Source: Armatimonadota bacterium | Lineage (GTDB): Bacteria; Armatimonadota; SYMT01 | Reading direction: 5' to 3' | Assembly: GCA_046292385.1 (NCBI GenBank) | Contig: JBKBRF010000009.1 | Span: 32,001-96,000, forward strand | DNA length: 64,000 bases | In this document: one piece after another, positions 51,973-61,553 of the stretch | Layout: the number at the start of each line of letters is the position of its first letter | Numbering within the stretch: the first letter of the stretch is position 1 | Made by a program: the position numbers and the translations under genes | Notes under the pieces: generated by a model | Told to the model about the DNA's origin: nothing | Databases searched by the model: none | The model's input: the letters and a program-made list of their open reading frames with translations, nothing else

Positions 51973-52660
51973 ATGACCCATCGTGAGCAGATCCTGACTC
52001 TCCTCGGCCGCTCCCGAGCCGCGCTGTGCGACGCCTGCATTCGCCGCGAGACCGGGATCAACCCCCACCAGGCCGTCAACCAGGTGGCGAACCGGCTGGC
52101 ACAATCGGGAGCTACGACGCGGACCACCACCACCTGCTTCGGCTGCAGTAAGTGGGTGAAGTGCAGCGCGCTCTCCGACCTTCGCCGCTCCGGGCCCGCA
52201 GCCGTCCCGGCACGGCGGCACCGTCGAAACGGCGAGTCCAGCGAGTGCGATCCCAGCCGCCGATCCGGAGCGGCCGTGGTTCTGGGAGGGCAACGTTCAG
52301 GCAGTGGTGGTCCAGTGGCTGCAGGAGCAGGGCTGGCAGGTGATCCAGGCGGCCGACACGGCGGCGCGGACGCCGGGCGTGGATATCATCGCCCGTCGCC
52401 CGCCGGAGAAGGAGCTCTGGATAACGGTGAAGGGCCATCCGGAGCGGAGCCGTTACGTTCAAGCGCGGCATTGGTTCGCCGGGGCGGTTTTCGATCTCGT
52501 GAGCTACCGCAACCAGGGCGCCGAGCGTTACCTGGCGCTGGCCCTCCCGGATGGGTACACCACGTACTCCGCGTTGGCCGTGAAGTCCGGCTGGCTGAAG
52601 AAGACGATGCCGTTCACGATCCTCTGGGTGAGCGAGAACGGCCGGGTACGGAGCGAGTGA
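51973..52660 (+). pseudogene. Frameshifted gene: Cys-rich/HTH-like N-terminus plus PD-(D/E)XK nuclease-like C-terminus
   Basis: Frame from 51973 encodes CDAC...HQAVNQ...CFGC. The +1 frame, open 52160-52660, encodes WFWEGNVQ..V..WL...GW...GVDIIA...LWITVKG. Confidence 0.6.
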
Positions 52661-52724
52661 GACCTTCCGACCGTGAGCACGCAAGTGAGCACTCGTGGTC
52701 CAATTCAGGAAGAAGAATGGACTT

Positions 52725-52775
52725 AGCCCGCGCAGGCGGGCTTTGCTGTCTGTAGCCTCGACTTCAGTCCGAGGC
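52725..52775 (+). repeat. REP-like double hairpin, copy 1
   Basis: AGCCCGCGCAGGCGGGCT, then TGTAG plus palindrome GCCTCGACT-TC-AGTCCGAGGC. Confidence 0.75.
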
Positions 52776-52798
52776 GCCGCCGCGGTATTCCCCAGCCG

Positions 52799-54073
52799 CT
52801 ACGCCAGGCAGCCCTCGATCGCGTCGGCGGCGGTGCGGACGCCGTCTTCCGCGCGGACGATCCGCCCGACCTCCTCGGCCTTTCGGGCGTAGGCGGGGTC
52901 GGTGAGGAGGCGCTCCAGGCGCTCTGCCGCCGCCCCGGCGCGGTAGCGGGCGCGCGCCAGGCCCAGCCCCACGCCGAGGCGGGTGATGCGGGCGGCGTGG
53001 TCCGGCTGGTCGTGCGCGAACGGGACCACCAGCATGGGGCGGCCGCTGCGGAGGGCCTGGCCGGTAGTGCCGACCCCTCCCTGGTGGACCACCGCGCAGG
53101 CGCGCGGGAAGACAAGCCCGTGCGGCGCGTACTCCACCGCCAGCACGCCGGGCGGCAGCGGGTGCGGGAGCCGGTTCCACTCCGCCTTGCCGGCGAGGAG
53201 CAGCGCCCGCCGGCCGAGGCGCTGCGCCGCCGCCACGCTCTCGACGTAGAAGTCGTCGCCGATCAGCACCGCGGATGAGCCGAGGGTGAAGACGATCGGC
53301 GGCTCGCCCGCGGCGAGGAACGCCTCCACCTCTTCCGGCAGCCGCGCCGCATCGCCGGCTGGGTCGTAGAACGGGAAGCCGGTCACCTGCAGGTGCTCCG
53401 GCCAGTCCGGCTGCGGCGCCGCCAGCACCCGGGAGAAGAGCGCTAGGTTGAGGTATGGGGAGAACTGACCCTCGAAGGCGGGATTGCCGCGGGAGGGGAG
53501 CCCCAGCTCGTCCCGCAGCCGATCCACGGGCGCCACCCAGCGGCGGACCCGCGCTTTGGCCACCCGCATCAGGGCTGCATTGACCCGTGGGCCGAAGCGG
53601 TAGAGGGCCACCGCCCAGGGGTCGCCCGGCGGCACCGGCGGGTCGTAGGCAGACATCAGAAGCATCGGCTGGAGCAGCGTGGCAGCCCAGCGCAGGCGCA
53701 GCTTCTCCGCCACGAGCGGCGTGGCGTAGGTGATCGGGTGGGAGACGACGAAGTCGGCGCCGGCGCAGATCCGCAGGAGATCCTCGTACTGGTCCCGCAG
53801 GTGCGGCATCAGCATCTCCCGGATCACCACCGCGCTGCCGCTCCGCGCGTCCATTGCGCGGCGGATCACCTCGCGCGTCTCCTCCATTGGGCGCGCTTCC
53901 GGCCGGATCGGGTGGAAAACGAGGCCGGCCGCCTCCACCGGCTCTCGATGGTACTCGGTCGTCGCGATCTCGGCGCGATGCCCCCGCGCCTGCAGCTCGC
54001 GGCCGATCGCGACGTAGGGGAAGAGATCGCCCAGGGAGCCGAAGGTGGTCAGGACGATCCGCCGGGACCTCAT
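52799..54073 (-). CDS. Family 1 glycosyltransferase (RhlB/sterol-GT-like)
   Basis: Motifs FGSLGDLFP, FTLGSS, HQGGVGTT, PFAHDQ. ATGA overlap with the upstream gene. Confidence 0.9.
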   Translation of the reverse strand: MRSRRIVLTTFGSLGDLFPYVAIGRELQARGHRAEIATTEYHREPVEAAGLVFHPIRPEARPMEETREVIRRAMDARSGSAVVIREMLMPHLRDQYEDLLRICAGADFVVSHPITYATPLVAEKLRLRWAATLLQPMLLMSAYDPPVPPGDPWAVALYRFGPRVNAALMRVAKARVRRWVAPVDRLRDELGLPSRGNPAFEGQFSPYLNLALFSRVLAAPQPDWPEHLQVTGFPFYDPAGDAARLPEEVEAFLAAGEPPIVFTLGSSAVLIGDDFYVESVAAAQRLGRRALLLAGKAEWNRLPHPLPPGVLAVEYAPHGLVFPRACAVVHQGGVGTTGQALRSGRPMLVVPFAHDQPDHAARITRLGVGLGLARARYRAGAAAERLERLLTDPAYARKAEEVGRIVRAEDGVRTAADAIEGCLA

Positions 54074-55887
54074 ACTTCCAGCCCCACCGCCCGCATCAGC
54101 GCCAGCGCGTTGCTCTTCTGGACCACGCCCGGGCGGAGCTGGTAGTCGAACGCCATTTTGCCGTCTTCCAGGTGGTCTTCCAGGTGGACGTTCGCCGCGC
54201 CGACCTCCGCGTCTTCGGCGATGCGGGCGAGCGCCAGGTCGTGGGTCGTCACGATCCCCACCGCACCCTTCCGCACCAGCGCGCGCACCACCGCCTCGGC
54301 GCCGATCCGGCGGTCGTGGGAGTTGGTGCCGTGCAGGATCTCGTCGAGCAGGAAGAGCAGCGGCCGCTCGCGGTCCGTCAGTTCCACGATCTGCCGCAGC
54401 CGCGTGATCTCCGCGTAGAAGCGGGAGACGCCGGAGTGGAGCGAGTCCTGCACGATGATCGAGGCGCCGATGTTCATCACGCCGACCCGCAGCCGGGCGG
54501 CCCGCACCGGCGCCCCGGCGAGAGCGAGCACCGTGTTGGTGCCGACCGTCCGCATCAGCGTGCTCTTGCCGGACATGTTGGAGCCGCTCACCAGCAGCAG
54601 GCGGAGGTCGCCGCCGATCCGGACGTCGTTCGGCACCGCGCCCTCCTCGGGCAGCAGCGGGTGGGCGAGCGAGTCGCCTTCGAAAAGCGCCGCGTCGTCC
54701 AGCACCTCCGGGAACGGATGCTCCGGGTGCTCGTAGGCGTAGGTCGCCAGCGCGCAGAGCGCCTCGCATTCCGCGGCGATCTCCAGCCAGCGCGGGAGCA
54801 GCGGACCGTTCTCCACCCGCCACTCCTCGATCAGGAAGGCGTACTGGAACCGCCAGAGGAGCAGGATGCCGAGCAGCGCGAAGACCCCGTTCTGCTGCGC
54901 CTGCAGCATCCCGACCAGCCGCTCCAGCCGGGCCAGCCGGGCGGAGGGCGGGGCCCCGCCCGCTTCCAGCCCCTCGCGGAGGCTCCGCAGCAGCGGCGAT
55001 TCGAAGCGCTCCGCCTCCAGCAGGCGCAGCACGCGGGAGAAGAGCGCCAGGTCGCGGTCGGCCTGGTCGACGCTGCGCACCGCCCGACCGACCTCCGCCG
55101 CCCACCGCTGCACCCAGAGCTGCTGGACCGCCACGATCCCGATCAGCGGCAGCGGACCGTACCCGGCCACCCAGACCCCCACCGCGCCCAGTGCCGCCAG
55201 GGAGAAGAGCGCTCCCGCCACACGCAGGCCGGTCCCGGGCAGCGGAAGGGCGGCCGGGCTTTTCGCCCACGCGGTCAGCGCGCCGACGTCGACCCGCGAC
55301 CGCAGCGCCGTCCCGAGCACCTCCAGCTCTTCCCGCAGGTCCGGCCGGGCGCGGAGGTCGGCGACCGCTTCCTGCCGGGCGCGGACGGTCGCCGCGTCGG
55401 CGGGCCCGGAGAGCCACTCGGCCAGCTTCGCCTCCCCCATCGGCGTGCGGGCGGTGCAGAGCAGCTCGAAGAGCGAGCCGGAGCCGAAGATGTCGAGATC
55501 GGCCGAGTACGGGTGCAGCGGATCGCGGTAGGCGTCGCCGGAAACCCCCTTCCCGCGCCACTCCCCGTTCAGCCGCTGCATCCCCGCCTCGTAGAAGCGG
55601 ACCGACGCCTGCGCCCGGTGCGTGTGCGAGCGGACTCCTTCGTGCACCAGCACCAGCCCGATGAAGACCGCCACCGGCACCAGCAGCACCAGCGGCGAGA
55701 GCCAGCCGAACCCGAGCGCGGCGACCGCCAGCAGCAGCCCGGCGCCGATGGTCAGCAGCCGGAGGTCGCCCAGCCTCCGCTCGCGCCGGGAGAGCTCCTC
55801 CAGCTCCTGTCGCCGTGCCGTCAGCCGGCGCTCGTATTCCGCCCGAACCCCGGCGCTGCTCCCCGGCACGCTCGCGCTGCTATTCAA
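54070..55887 (-). CDS. Membrane-anchored MutS-domain-V ATPase (MutS-related)
   Basis: TM segments. Motifs DLDIFG.GSLF, GSNMSGKST, SRFYAE, LLDEILHGTN, VTTHD. Confidence 0.9.
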   Translation of the reverse strand: MNSSASVPGSSAGVRAEYERRLTARRQELEELSRRERRLGDLRLLTIGAGLLLAVAALGFGWLSPLVLLVPVAVFIGLVLVHEGVRSHTHRAQASVRFYEAGMQRLNGEWRGKGVSGDAYRDPLHPYSADLDIFGSGSLFELLCTARTPMGEAKLAEWLSGPADAATVRARQEAVADLRARPDLREELEVLGTALRSRVDVGALTAWAKSPAALPLPGTGLRVAGALFSLAALGAVGVWVAGYGPLPLIGIVAVQQLWVQRWAAEVGRAVRSVDQADRDLALFSRVLRLLEAERFESPLLRSLREGLEAGGAPPSARLARLERLVGMLQAQQNGVFALLGILLLWRFQYAFLIEEWRVENGPLLPRWLEIAAECEALCALATYAYEHPEHPFPEVLDDAALFEGDSLAHPLLPEEGAVPNDVRIGGDLRLLLVSGSNMSGKSTLMRTVGTNTVLALAGAPVRAARLRVGVMNIGASIIVQDSLHSGVSRFYAEITRLRQIVELTDRERPLLFLLDEILHGTNSHDRRIGAEAVVRALVRKGAVGIVTTHDLALARIAEDAEVGAANVHLEDHLEDGKMAFDYQLRPGVVQKSNALALMRAVGLEV

Positions 55888-55959
55888 GCGATCCTCCTCC
55901 GGCGGGCGCCGTTTGACTGCCGCTCACCAGAGGTACACCTGTCCAGCAAAGGAGCGACC

Positions 55960-56910
55960 GTGAAGCGACTGAAGCTGGTTCTACACGTGGGTCTGGTGAT
56001 TGGACTGGTGGTCGCCGCGACCAAATACCTGAACGGAGGCGAGGTCTGGAGCGCGATCCACCGGTTCCGGTGGGAGCTCACGCCGGTCATCCTCGCCGGC
56101 ACGCTCCTCTATTTTGGTCTCAAGGCGGCGAGGTTCGCCTACCTGGTTCGCCGGGTCGAGCCGGTCTCACCCACGCTTCTGGTCGTCGCCTACCTGGCCG
56201 GCCAGGCGTACACCGCGCTCCCGGCCGGCGCGGCGGCCCGCTCCGGGCTGCTGAAGCAGGCCGGCGTGCCGATCGCGGGGACCGCCCCCGCGGTGCTCGT
56301 GGGCAGCGCCGGCGACGGGGTGGCGCTGTTCACCTGCTCGCTGCTCTCCGCACTCTGGTTCCCCGCTTTCCGCGGCACCGCGCTCTGGGTCCTGGGCGGC
56401 CTGGTGCTGGTCTGCACGCTGCTCGGCGTGGAGGCGGTGCGCTCCTGGCTCGCAGACCTGGCGGCGAACGTGGCGGACCGCTTCAACGTTCGGGAACGCT
56501 GGGAGCACTTCGTCGAGGCGCTTCAGCAGTCGATCGCGCCGAAGCCGCTGCTCGTTTCCCTCGGAAACGGCTTCATTTCGGTCGGGATCCTGATTGTGGT
56601 ACTGCACTTCTCCGTCCACGGCGTCGGCGGCGACGTGCCGGAGCTCACGCTGCTGCTGGCGGTGGCGCTCCCGTCGATGCTCGCGCGCCTTTCCGCGGTG
56701 CCCGCCGGAATCGGGGTGACGGAAGCGGGAATGGTCGCCATCCTAGACGGCGCCCCGGGCATAACGCTCCCCACCGCCGCCGCCGCGGTGACGATCTTCC
56801 GCGTCGGCACCATCGTCTTCGAGATCGCCCTCGGCGTCGCGATCTACTTCCTCCTCTGGCGCCCCCTCTGTCGCCGAGAACTGCACCAAAACCGCGCGCG
56901 GGCGACCTGA
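55960..56910 (+). CDS. Lysylphosphatidylglycerol-synthase TM / flippase-like (UPF0104) protein
   Basis: GTG after AAGGAG. Multi-TM, with PAGIGVTEA and IFR motifs. Confidence 0.82.
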   Translation: MKRLKLVLHVGLVIGLVVAATKYLNGGEVWSAIHRFRWELTPVILAGTLLYFGLKAARFAYLVRRVEPVSPTLLVVAYLAGQAYTALPAGAAARSGLLKQAGVPIAGTAPAVLVGSAGDGVALFTCSLLSALWFPAFRGTALWVLGGLVLVCTLLGVEAVRSWLADLAANVADRFNVRERWEHFVEALQQSIAPKPLLVSLGNGFISVGILIVVLHFSVHGVGGDVPELTLLLAVALPSMLARLSAVPAGIGVTEAGMVAILDGAPGITLPTAAAAVTIFRVGTIVFEIALGVAIYFLLWRPLCRRELHQNRARAT

Positions 56911-57014
56911 AGCGCCATTCCGAACGAACGCGGAGTCGCGAAGACTTTGAAGGACGCGAAGGGAACCTGAGCGGGACAGGCGACGCCCCACGAGGGCGGG
57001 GTTCGGGAGTTCGA

Positions 57015-57085
57015 AGGCGGGCTTCGCTCCCTGTAGCGCCGAATTTACGCGCGCGGACCGGCGGCAGTCGGTAAATCCCGCGCTA
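57015..57085 (+). repeat. REP-like element, copy 2 (partial) with inverted partner
   Basis: AGGCGGGCTTCGCTCCCTGTAGCGCCGAATTTAC ... GTAAATCCCGCGCTA. Confidence 0.7.
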
Positions 57086-57200
57086 AGTCACTCACCAGCC
57101 GGCACCCCTGTCCGGAACCATCACGCCCGCCGACCGTTCTGATGATTGGCTGCGCGAACGTGGACGGACGCAGCCTGAGGCTTCGGCGGAAGGGAGACAG

Positions 57201-57662
57201 ATGGCGGAAAACACAGGCCGTCCCGTGCAGCAGTGCCCGCTCTGCGTGCCGCCGCCTCCGCCGACGTGCCCCGCCTGCGGCAGCACCCGGGTTGCCTCGG
57301 CAGTGCCCAGCGGCACGCAAGGGGACCAGCCGGTCGTCGCCATCGCCGGGCTCCAGATCGACTTCTGGAAGCTGATCCGCTCCTATCCGAAGCTGACGCT
57401 GCGGGAGGGCCTGAAGGTCTGCGTGCACTGCGGCCTCGCGTGGAGCAGCGTAGACGTCCACGAGGCGAGAAAGCAGATCCGGACCTACGGAACCGAGGAG
57501 CTGAAGGCGCTCACGCTGGATGCCGGCGATACGCTCCCTCGTCCCACACTGATGCCGCAGGACGAGGGAGCGGACCTCCCGCGACCGGCAGTGGCTCCCG
57601 GAGAGGAGTCCAGGCGCCTCCCGCTCCCGTCCCGGCGGAAGCAGCGCCCGAAGAAGCACTGA
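57201..57662 (+). CDS. Hypothetical Zn-ribbon-like protein
   Basis: AAGGGAG RBS. Contains CPLC, CPAC, CVHC and a Pro-rich tail. Confidence 0.65.
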   Translation: MAENTGRPVQQCPLCVPPPPPTCPACGSTRVASAVPSGTQGDQPVVAIAGLQIDFWKLIRSYPKLTLREGLKVCVHCGLAWSSVDVHEARKQIRTYGTEELKALTLDAGDTLPRPTLMPQDEGADLPRPAVAPGEESRRLPLPSRRKQRPKKH

Positions 57663-57732
57663 TCCAGTAGCCGAGTTATGCCGGCACCAGTTCTGCTCGC
57701 GCGAGTGTACGGCTGTCGATTCGGTGAGTCTG

Positions 57733-57783
57733 AGCCCGCGCAGGCGGGCTTCGCTTTATGTAGCGCCGAGTTTACTCGCGCGC
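57733..57783 (+). repeat. REP-like double hairpin, copy 3
   Basis: AGCCCGCGCAGGCGGGCTTCGCTTTATGTAGCGCCGAGTTTACTCGCGCGC. Confidence 0.75.
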
Positions 57784-57798
57784 GATCTACGCCCCGAT

Positions 57799-59019
57799 CT
57801 ACCTCCGCTCCGTAGAGACCACCTGCCCGTCGATGACGACCGTCGTCACGTGGGTGGTGTACTCGAACGGGTCGCCGTCGAAGAGCGCCAGGTCGGCGTC
57901 TTTCCCCGCCTCCAGGGAGCCGACGCGATCCGAGATGCCGAGGATGCGGGCAGGGGCGCTGGTGATCGACGCCAGCGCGTCCTCCGGCGAGAGGCCGTTG
58001 GCCGCGGCGAGCGCCGCTTCGAAGAGCACCACGCGGGTCTTCGGCACGTAGCCCTCGTAGCCGCTCTGCAGCGCGAACGGGATGCCGGCCTTCCGCAGGG
58101 CTGCCGCCGTCTCGAAGCTCGCGTTCTCCGCGTCGCCGTCCGGCCGGGCCATGGGGGCGTGGAGGATCACCGGCATGCCCGCGGCTTTGAGCTGATCCAG
58201 GACCAGGTACGCCTCCGAAGCGCCGTCGAGCACGATCTTGAGGCCGAACTCTTCTGCGATGCGGAGCGCGGTGAGGATGTCGTGCGAGCGGTGCGCCGTC
58301 ACCAGCAGCGGCGTCTCCCCCGTGAGCGCGCCGGCCAGCGCCTCCAGCCGCAGGTCGCGGGGCGGCTTCCTGCCTTCCTCCGCCGCGGCCTGCTTCTCGG
58401 CGTAGTCCTTCGCCTTCAACAGCTCCGCGCGGAGCATCGCCGCCGCCTTGGAGCGGGTGCCGGGCGACCTCCCCGCTTCCAGGCCGCCGGTGCCCAGGGT
58501 GACCGCGATCATGCCGGACGGCTTCAGGACGGCGCGGTCCGCGGCGACCTCGACCGTCTTCACCACCATCGTCTGCCCCGGCATCAGCGCGCCCGGCGCG
58601 GGACCGGTGTGGAGCGTGGTGACCCCGAAGCCGCGGAGCCAGCCGACCAGCGTCTCGCGGGAATTGTAGGCGTCGATCGCCCGCAGCTCCGGCTGGATCG
58701 GCGCGGAGCTCTCGAGCTGGTCCTGCTCCTGCGCCTGGTTGGTGTACCCGGCGAGGCCGACCACCGTGCGGGCGTCGATCAGGCCAGGCGTGACGATCTT
58801 CGCGGTGAGGGTGCGGTAGCCGTCCGGCACCCGCACCTCGGAGGCCGGCCCGACCCGCTCGATCTTGCCGTCCCGTACGAGCACGACGCCGTCCCGAATC
58901 GGAGCGCCGGCCATCGTGTAGACCGTCTCGCCGCGGATGGCGAGCGGGGCCGGTCCCTGGGCCAGGGCTGGGAGCGCCGACGAGAGCAGGAGCAGGCCGC
59001 AGAAGTGACGGCGGTTCAT
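57799..59019 (-). CDS. Amidohydrolase-family protein lacking metal ligands
   Basis: PGLIDARTV and GSLEAGKDADL. Signal peptide with RR. Confidence 0.88.
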   Translation of the reverse strand: MNRRHFCGLLLLSSALPALAQGPAPLAIRGETVYTMAGAPIRDGVVLVRDGKIERVGPASEVRVPDGYRTLTAKIVTPGLIDARTVVGLAGYTNQAQEQDQLESSAPIQPELRAIDAYNSRETLVGWLRGFGVTTLHTGPAPGALMPGQTMVVKTVEVAADRAVLKPSGMIAVTLGTGGLEAGRSPGTRSKAAAMLRAELLKAKDYAEKQAAAEEGRKPPRDLRLEALAGALTGETPLLVTAHRSHDILTALRIAEEFGLKIVLDGASEAYLVLDQLKAAGMPVILHAPMARPDGDAENASFETAAALRKAGIPFALQSGYEGYVPKTRVVLFEAALAAANGLSPEDALASITSAPARILGISDRVGSLEAGKDADLALFDGDPFEYTTHVTTVVIDGQVVSTERR

Positions 59020-60341
59020 CGGGCTTCCTCGAGGTCGAAGCAGTCGAGATGGAGGTGCTGGTCCCGCGAGGCGCCGTAGCCGCCCACCGCGAAGAGGCGG
59101 TCGGCCGGGTCCGCGCGGTCGAACACCTTCTTGCCTTCCACGTAGGTCTGGAGCACCTGCGTGTAGACGCTGAGCGGGTCGCCGGAGAGGACGACGAAGT
59201 CGGCGTCCTTCCCCTCCTTCAGCGAGCCGATCCGGTCCTGCAGGTCGAGCATCCTCGCGCCCGCCATCGTGAGGCCGTAGAGCGCCTTCTCACGCGACAT
59301 CCCGGCGCGGACCGAGAGCGCGGCCGAGCGCAGGAAGAGGCGGGAGTCGGTGATTGCGTCGTCCGTGTGGAAGCCGGTCAGTACCCCCGCCTTCTCCAGC
59401 TCGGCGCCGTTCTTGAGCGTCAGGTTAATCGCTTCCAGCTTGCCGCCGGGGCTGTCGATCACGATGATCGAGGCCGGCACGCCCGCCGCCGCGATCTCCG
59501 GGGCCACCCGCCAGCCTTCGGTGACGTGCTGCAGCACCACGCGGAAGCCGAACTCCTTCGCCAGGCGGAGTACGGTCAGGATGTCGTCGTGGCGGTGCGT
59601 GTGGAAGTGGACCACCCGCTTGCCGTCCAGCACCTCCGCCAGCGCCTCCAGCGCCAGGTCGCGCGTTGGCAGCTTCTGCGGGTCGCCCGCCGCCTCCGCC
59701 ACCTTCTTCCGGTACTCCTGCGCCCGGATGAGCTGCGCGCGCACCAGGGCGGCCGACTTCGCCCGCGTGCCGGGGAACGGCGCCGAGCGGATCGAATTGG
59801 TGCCGTTCGCCATCTTGATCCCGCCGGCGATGCCGCCGTCCGGGAGCCGGATCAGGAGGTCGTCGACCGTCTCTCCCCGCCGCGCCTTCAGGTAGAGGGT
59901 CTGGCCGCTCAGCAGGTGCCCGGAGCCGGGCATCACGTTCAGGGTGGTGATGCCTCCCGCCTGCACCCGCCGGAAGCCGGAATCGCGCGCGTTTAGCGAG
60001 TCGAGGATACGCACGTCCGGCTGGATCGGCGAGGAGCTGTCGCCGCCGGAGCCGCCGCCCACGTGGCTGTGCGTATCGACCAGCCCGGGCATGATCGTCT
60101 TGCCGGAGAGGTCGTGCCGCTGCGCGCCGTCGGGGATACGGACCGCGTCCCGCGTGCCCACGGCGAAGATCCGGTCGCCCCGCACCAGGAGCACGCCGTC
60201 CGGAATCTCCGGCCCGTCGATCGGAATGATCCGCGCGCCGACGTAGGCGTGGACCGGCGGATTCGGATCAGGGGCAGAGCGGGCGCCGCCGCCGGCGATG
60301 AGGGCGAGCACGAGAATGAGGGGGGCAAGCAGGCGGCGCAT
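59016..60341 (-). CDS. Secreted amidohydrolase-family protein
   Basis: Motifs PGLVDTHSH, KMANG, HFHTH, QHVTEG, HTDD, GSLKEGKDADF. Confidence 0.9.
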   Translation of the reverse strand: MRRLLAPLILVLALIAGGGARSAPDPNPPVHAYVGARIIPIDGPEIPDGVLLVRGDRIFAVGTRDAVRIPDGAQRHDLSGKTIMPGLVDTHSHVGGGSGGDSSSPIQPDVRILDSLNARDSGFRRVQAGGITTLNVMPGSGHLLSGQTLYLKARRGETVDDLLIRLPDGGIAGGIKMANGTNSIRSAPFPGTRAKSAALVRAQLIRAQEYRKKVAEAAGDPQKLPTRDLALEALAEVLDGKRVVHFHTHRHDDILTVLRLAKEFGFRVVLQHVTEGWRVAPEIAAAGVPASIIVIDSPGGKLEAINLTLKNGAELEKAGVLTGFHTDDAITDSRLFLRSAALSVRAGMSREKALYGLTMAGARMLDLQDRIGSLKEGKDADFVVLSGDPLSVYTQVLQTYVEGKKVFDRADPADRLFAVGGYGASRDQHLHLDCFDLEEAR

Positions 60342-60504
60342 GAGGATCTCCGGACCGGGAAGGGGTCCCGGGGAAGATTCCCGACCCTGGCCGGCAGCTC
60401 CTCCTCGCCGGCCGGGATCGCCTCCGCGGCGCCGGCAGTGATCAATCCGGTGCGCCGCGCGTAGAATGCAGAGGCGACTGACACCTGACTGGAGAGGAAG
60501 ATCG

Positions 60505-60819
60505 ATGCTGAAGTTGACGCGACTCGGGGGCGTGCTGGGAGTGACGGGGCTGCTGCTGGTGGCGGGCTGCAGCGGAAGCGGAGCCGGAGCGGGAGCCGCC
60601 GCGGACGCGGAACAGGCGGAGCCGTTGAAGGAAGGCCAGATCTACTGCGCGGTGATGACCTCCGGCGTGGTCGATATCATGAAGGCGACCGAAACGAAGA
60701 TGTATGCGGACCACGAAGGCAACCGCTACTACTTCTGCTGCGCCGGCTGCCCGGACGAGTTCAAGGCCGACCCCGCCAAGTTCGCCCAGAACGCCCACCT
60801 GCCGATTCCGAAGGAGTAA
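60505..60819 (+). CDS. YHS-domain lipoprotein
   Basis: Lipobox LVAG-C. CAVM...DHEGNRYYFCCAGC...F..DP. Confidence 0.85.
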   Translation: MLKLTRLGGVLGVTGLLLVAGCSGSGAGAGAAADAEQAEPLKEGQIYCAVMTSGVVDIMKATETKMYADHEGNRYYFCCAGCPDEFKADPAKFAQNAHLPIPKE

Positions 60820-60848
60820 ACCGGCCGCGAAGAGGCGGGCGGCTTCGG

Positions 60849-60878
60849 TTGACCGTCGGTTCGGCGTTGTGGTACCCT
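60849..60878 (+). promoter_or_regulatory. Sigma70-type promoter of efp
   Basis: TTGACC (60849-60854), 18-nt spacer, TACCCT (60873-60878) with extended TG. Confidence 0.55.
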
Positions 60879-60918
60879 TACACGGTTTGCAATCTGGCGA
60901 ACAGAGGTTTGACTCCGG

Positions 60919-61476
60919 ATGGATACGAGCGATTTTCGAAACGGCCTCTCCATCATTCTGGACAACGAAATCTTTCAGATCGTTGAGTTCCAGCACGTAA
61001 AGCCGGGCAAAGGCGGCGCCTTCGTGCGCACCCGGCTGAAGAACCTGCGCACCGGGAACACGCTGGAAAAGACGTTCCGCGCGGGGGAGAAAATGGACCA
61101 GGCAGTCCTGGACCGGCGGAAGATGAGCTTCCTTTACAGCCAGGACGACGAGTATGTCTTCATGGACCTGGAGTCGTTCGACCAGGTGCCGGTGCCGGCA
61201 GCGGCGATCGGTCCGCAGGTGAAGTACCTGAAGGACAACACCGAGGTCGAAGTCTGCAGCCACAACGATAAGGTGCTCACCGTGGAGCTTCCGTTCTTCA
61301 TGGAGCTGGAGGTGACCGAGACCGATCCGGGTCTGAAGGGCGACACCGCCTCCGGCGGCTCCAAGCCCGCCACGCTGGAGACCGGCGCGGTGGTGCAGGT
61401 GCCGCTCTTCGTGAACGTCGGGGACCGCATCAAGGTCGACACGCGCACCGACACCTACCTGGAGCGCGCGCGCTAG
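60919..61476 (+). CDS. efp: Elongation factor P
   Basis: Motifs HVKPGKGGAFVR, GDTASGGSKPATLETG, VPLFV. Confidence 0.98.
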   Translation: MDTSDFRNGLSIILDNEIFQIVEFQHVKPGKGGAFVRTRLKNLRTGNTLEKTFRAGEKMDQAVLDRRKMSFLYSQDDEYVFMDLESFDQVPVPAAAIGPQVKYLKDNTEVEVCSHNDKVLTVELPFFMELEVTETDPGLKGDTASGGSKPATLETGAVVQVPLFVNVGDRIKVDTRTDTYLERAR

Positions 61477-61553
61477 GCGGCTGCGTGTTGTCCGCGATCC
61501 CCGCCGGTTACGATGTTCGAAAGCGGGCCGCGTATGACCCCGCTAACGCGGGG

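Noticed and set aside
52799..55561. 920-aa ORF suggesting a large fusion glycosyltransferase
   Set aside because: The upstream part overlaps the MutS-like gene out of frame. The real start is the ATG at 54073.
54070..55887. Calling this gene mutS or mutS2
   Set aside because: It lacks mismatch-recognition and Smr domains. Only the ATPase domain plus TM helices are present.
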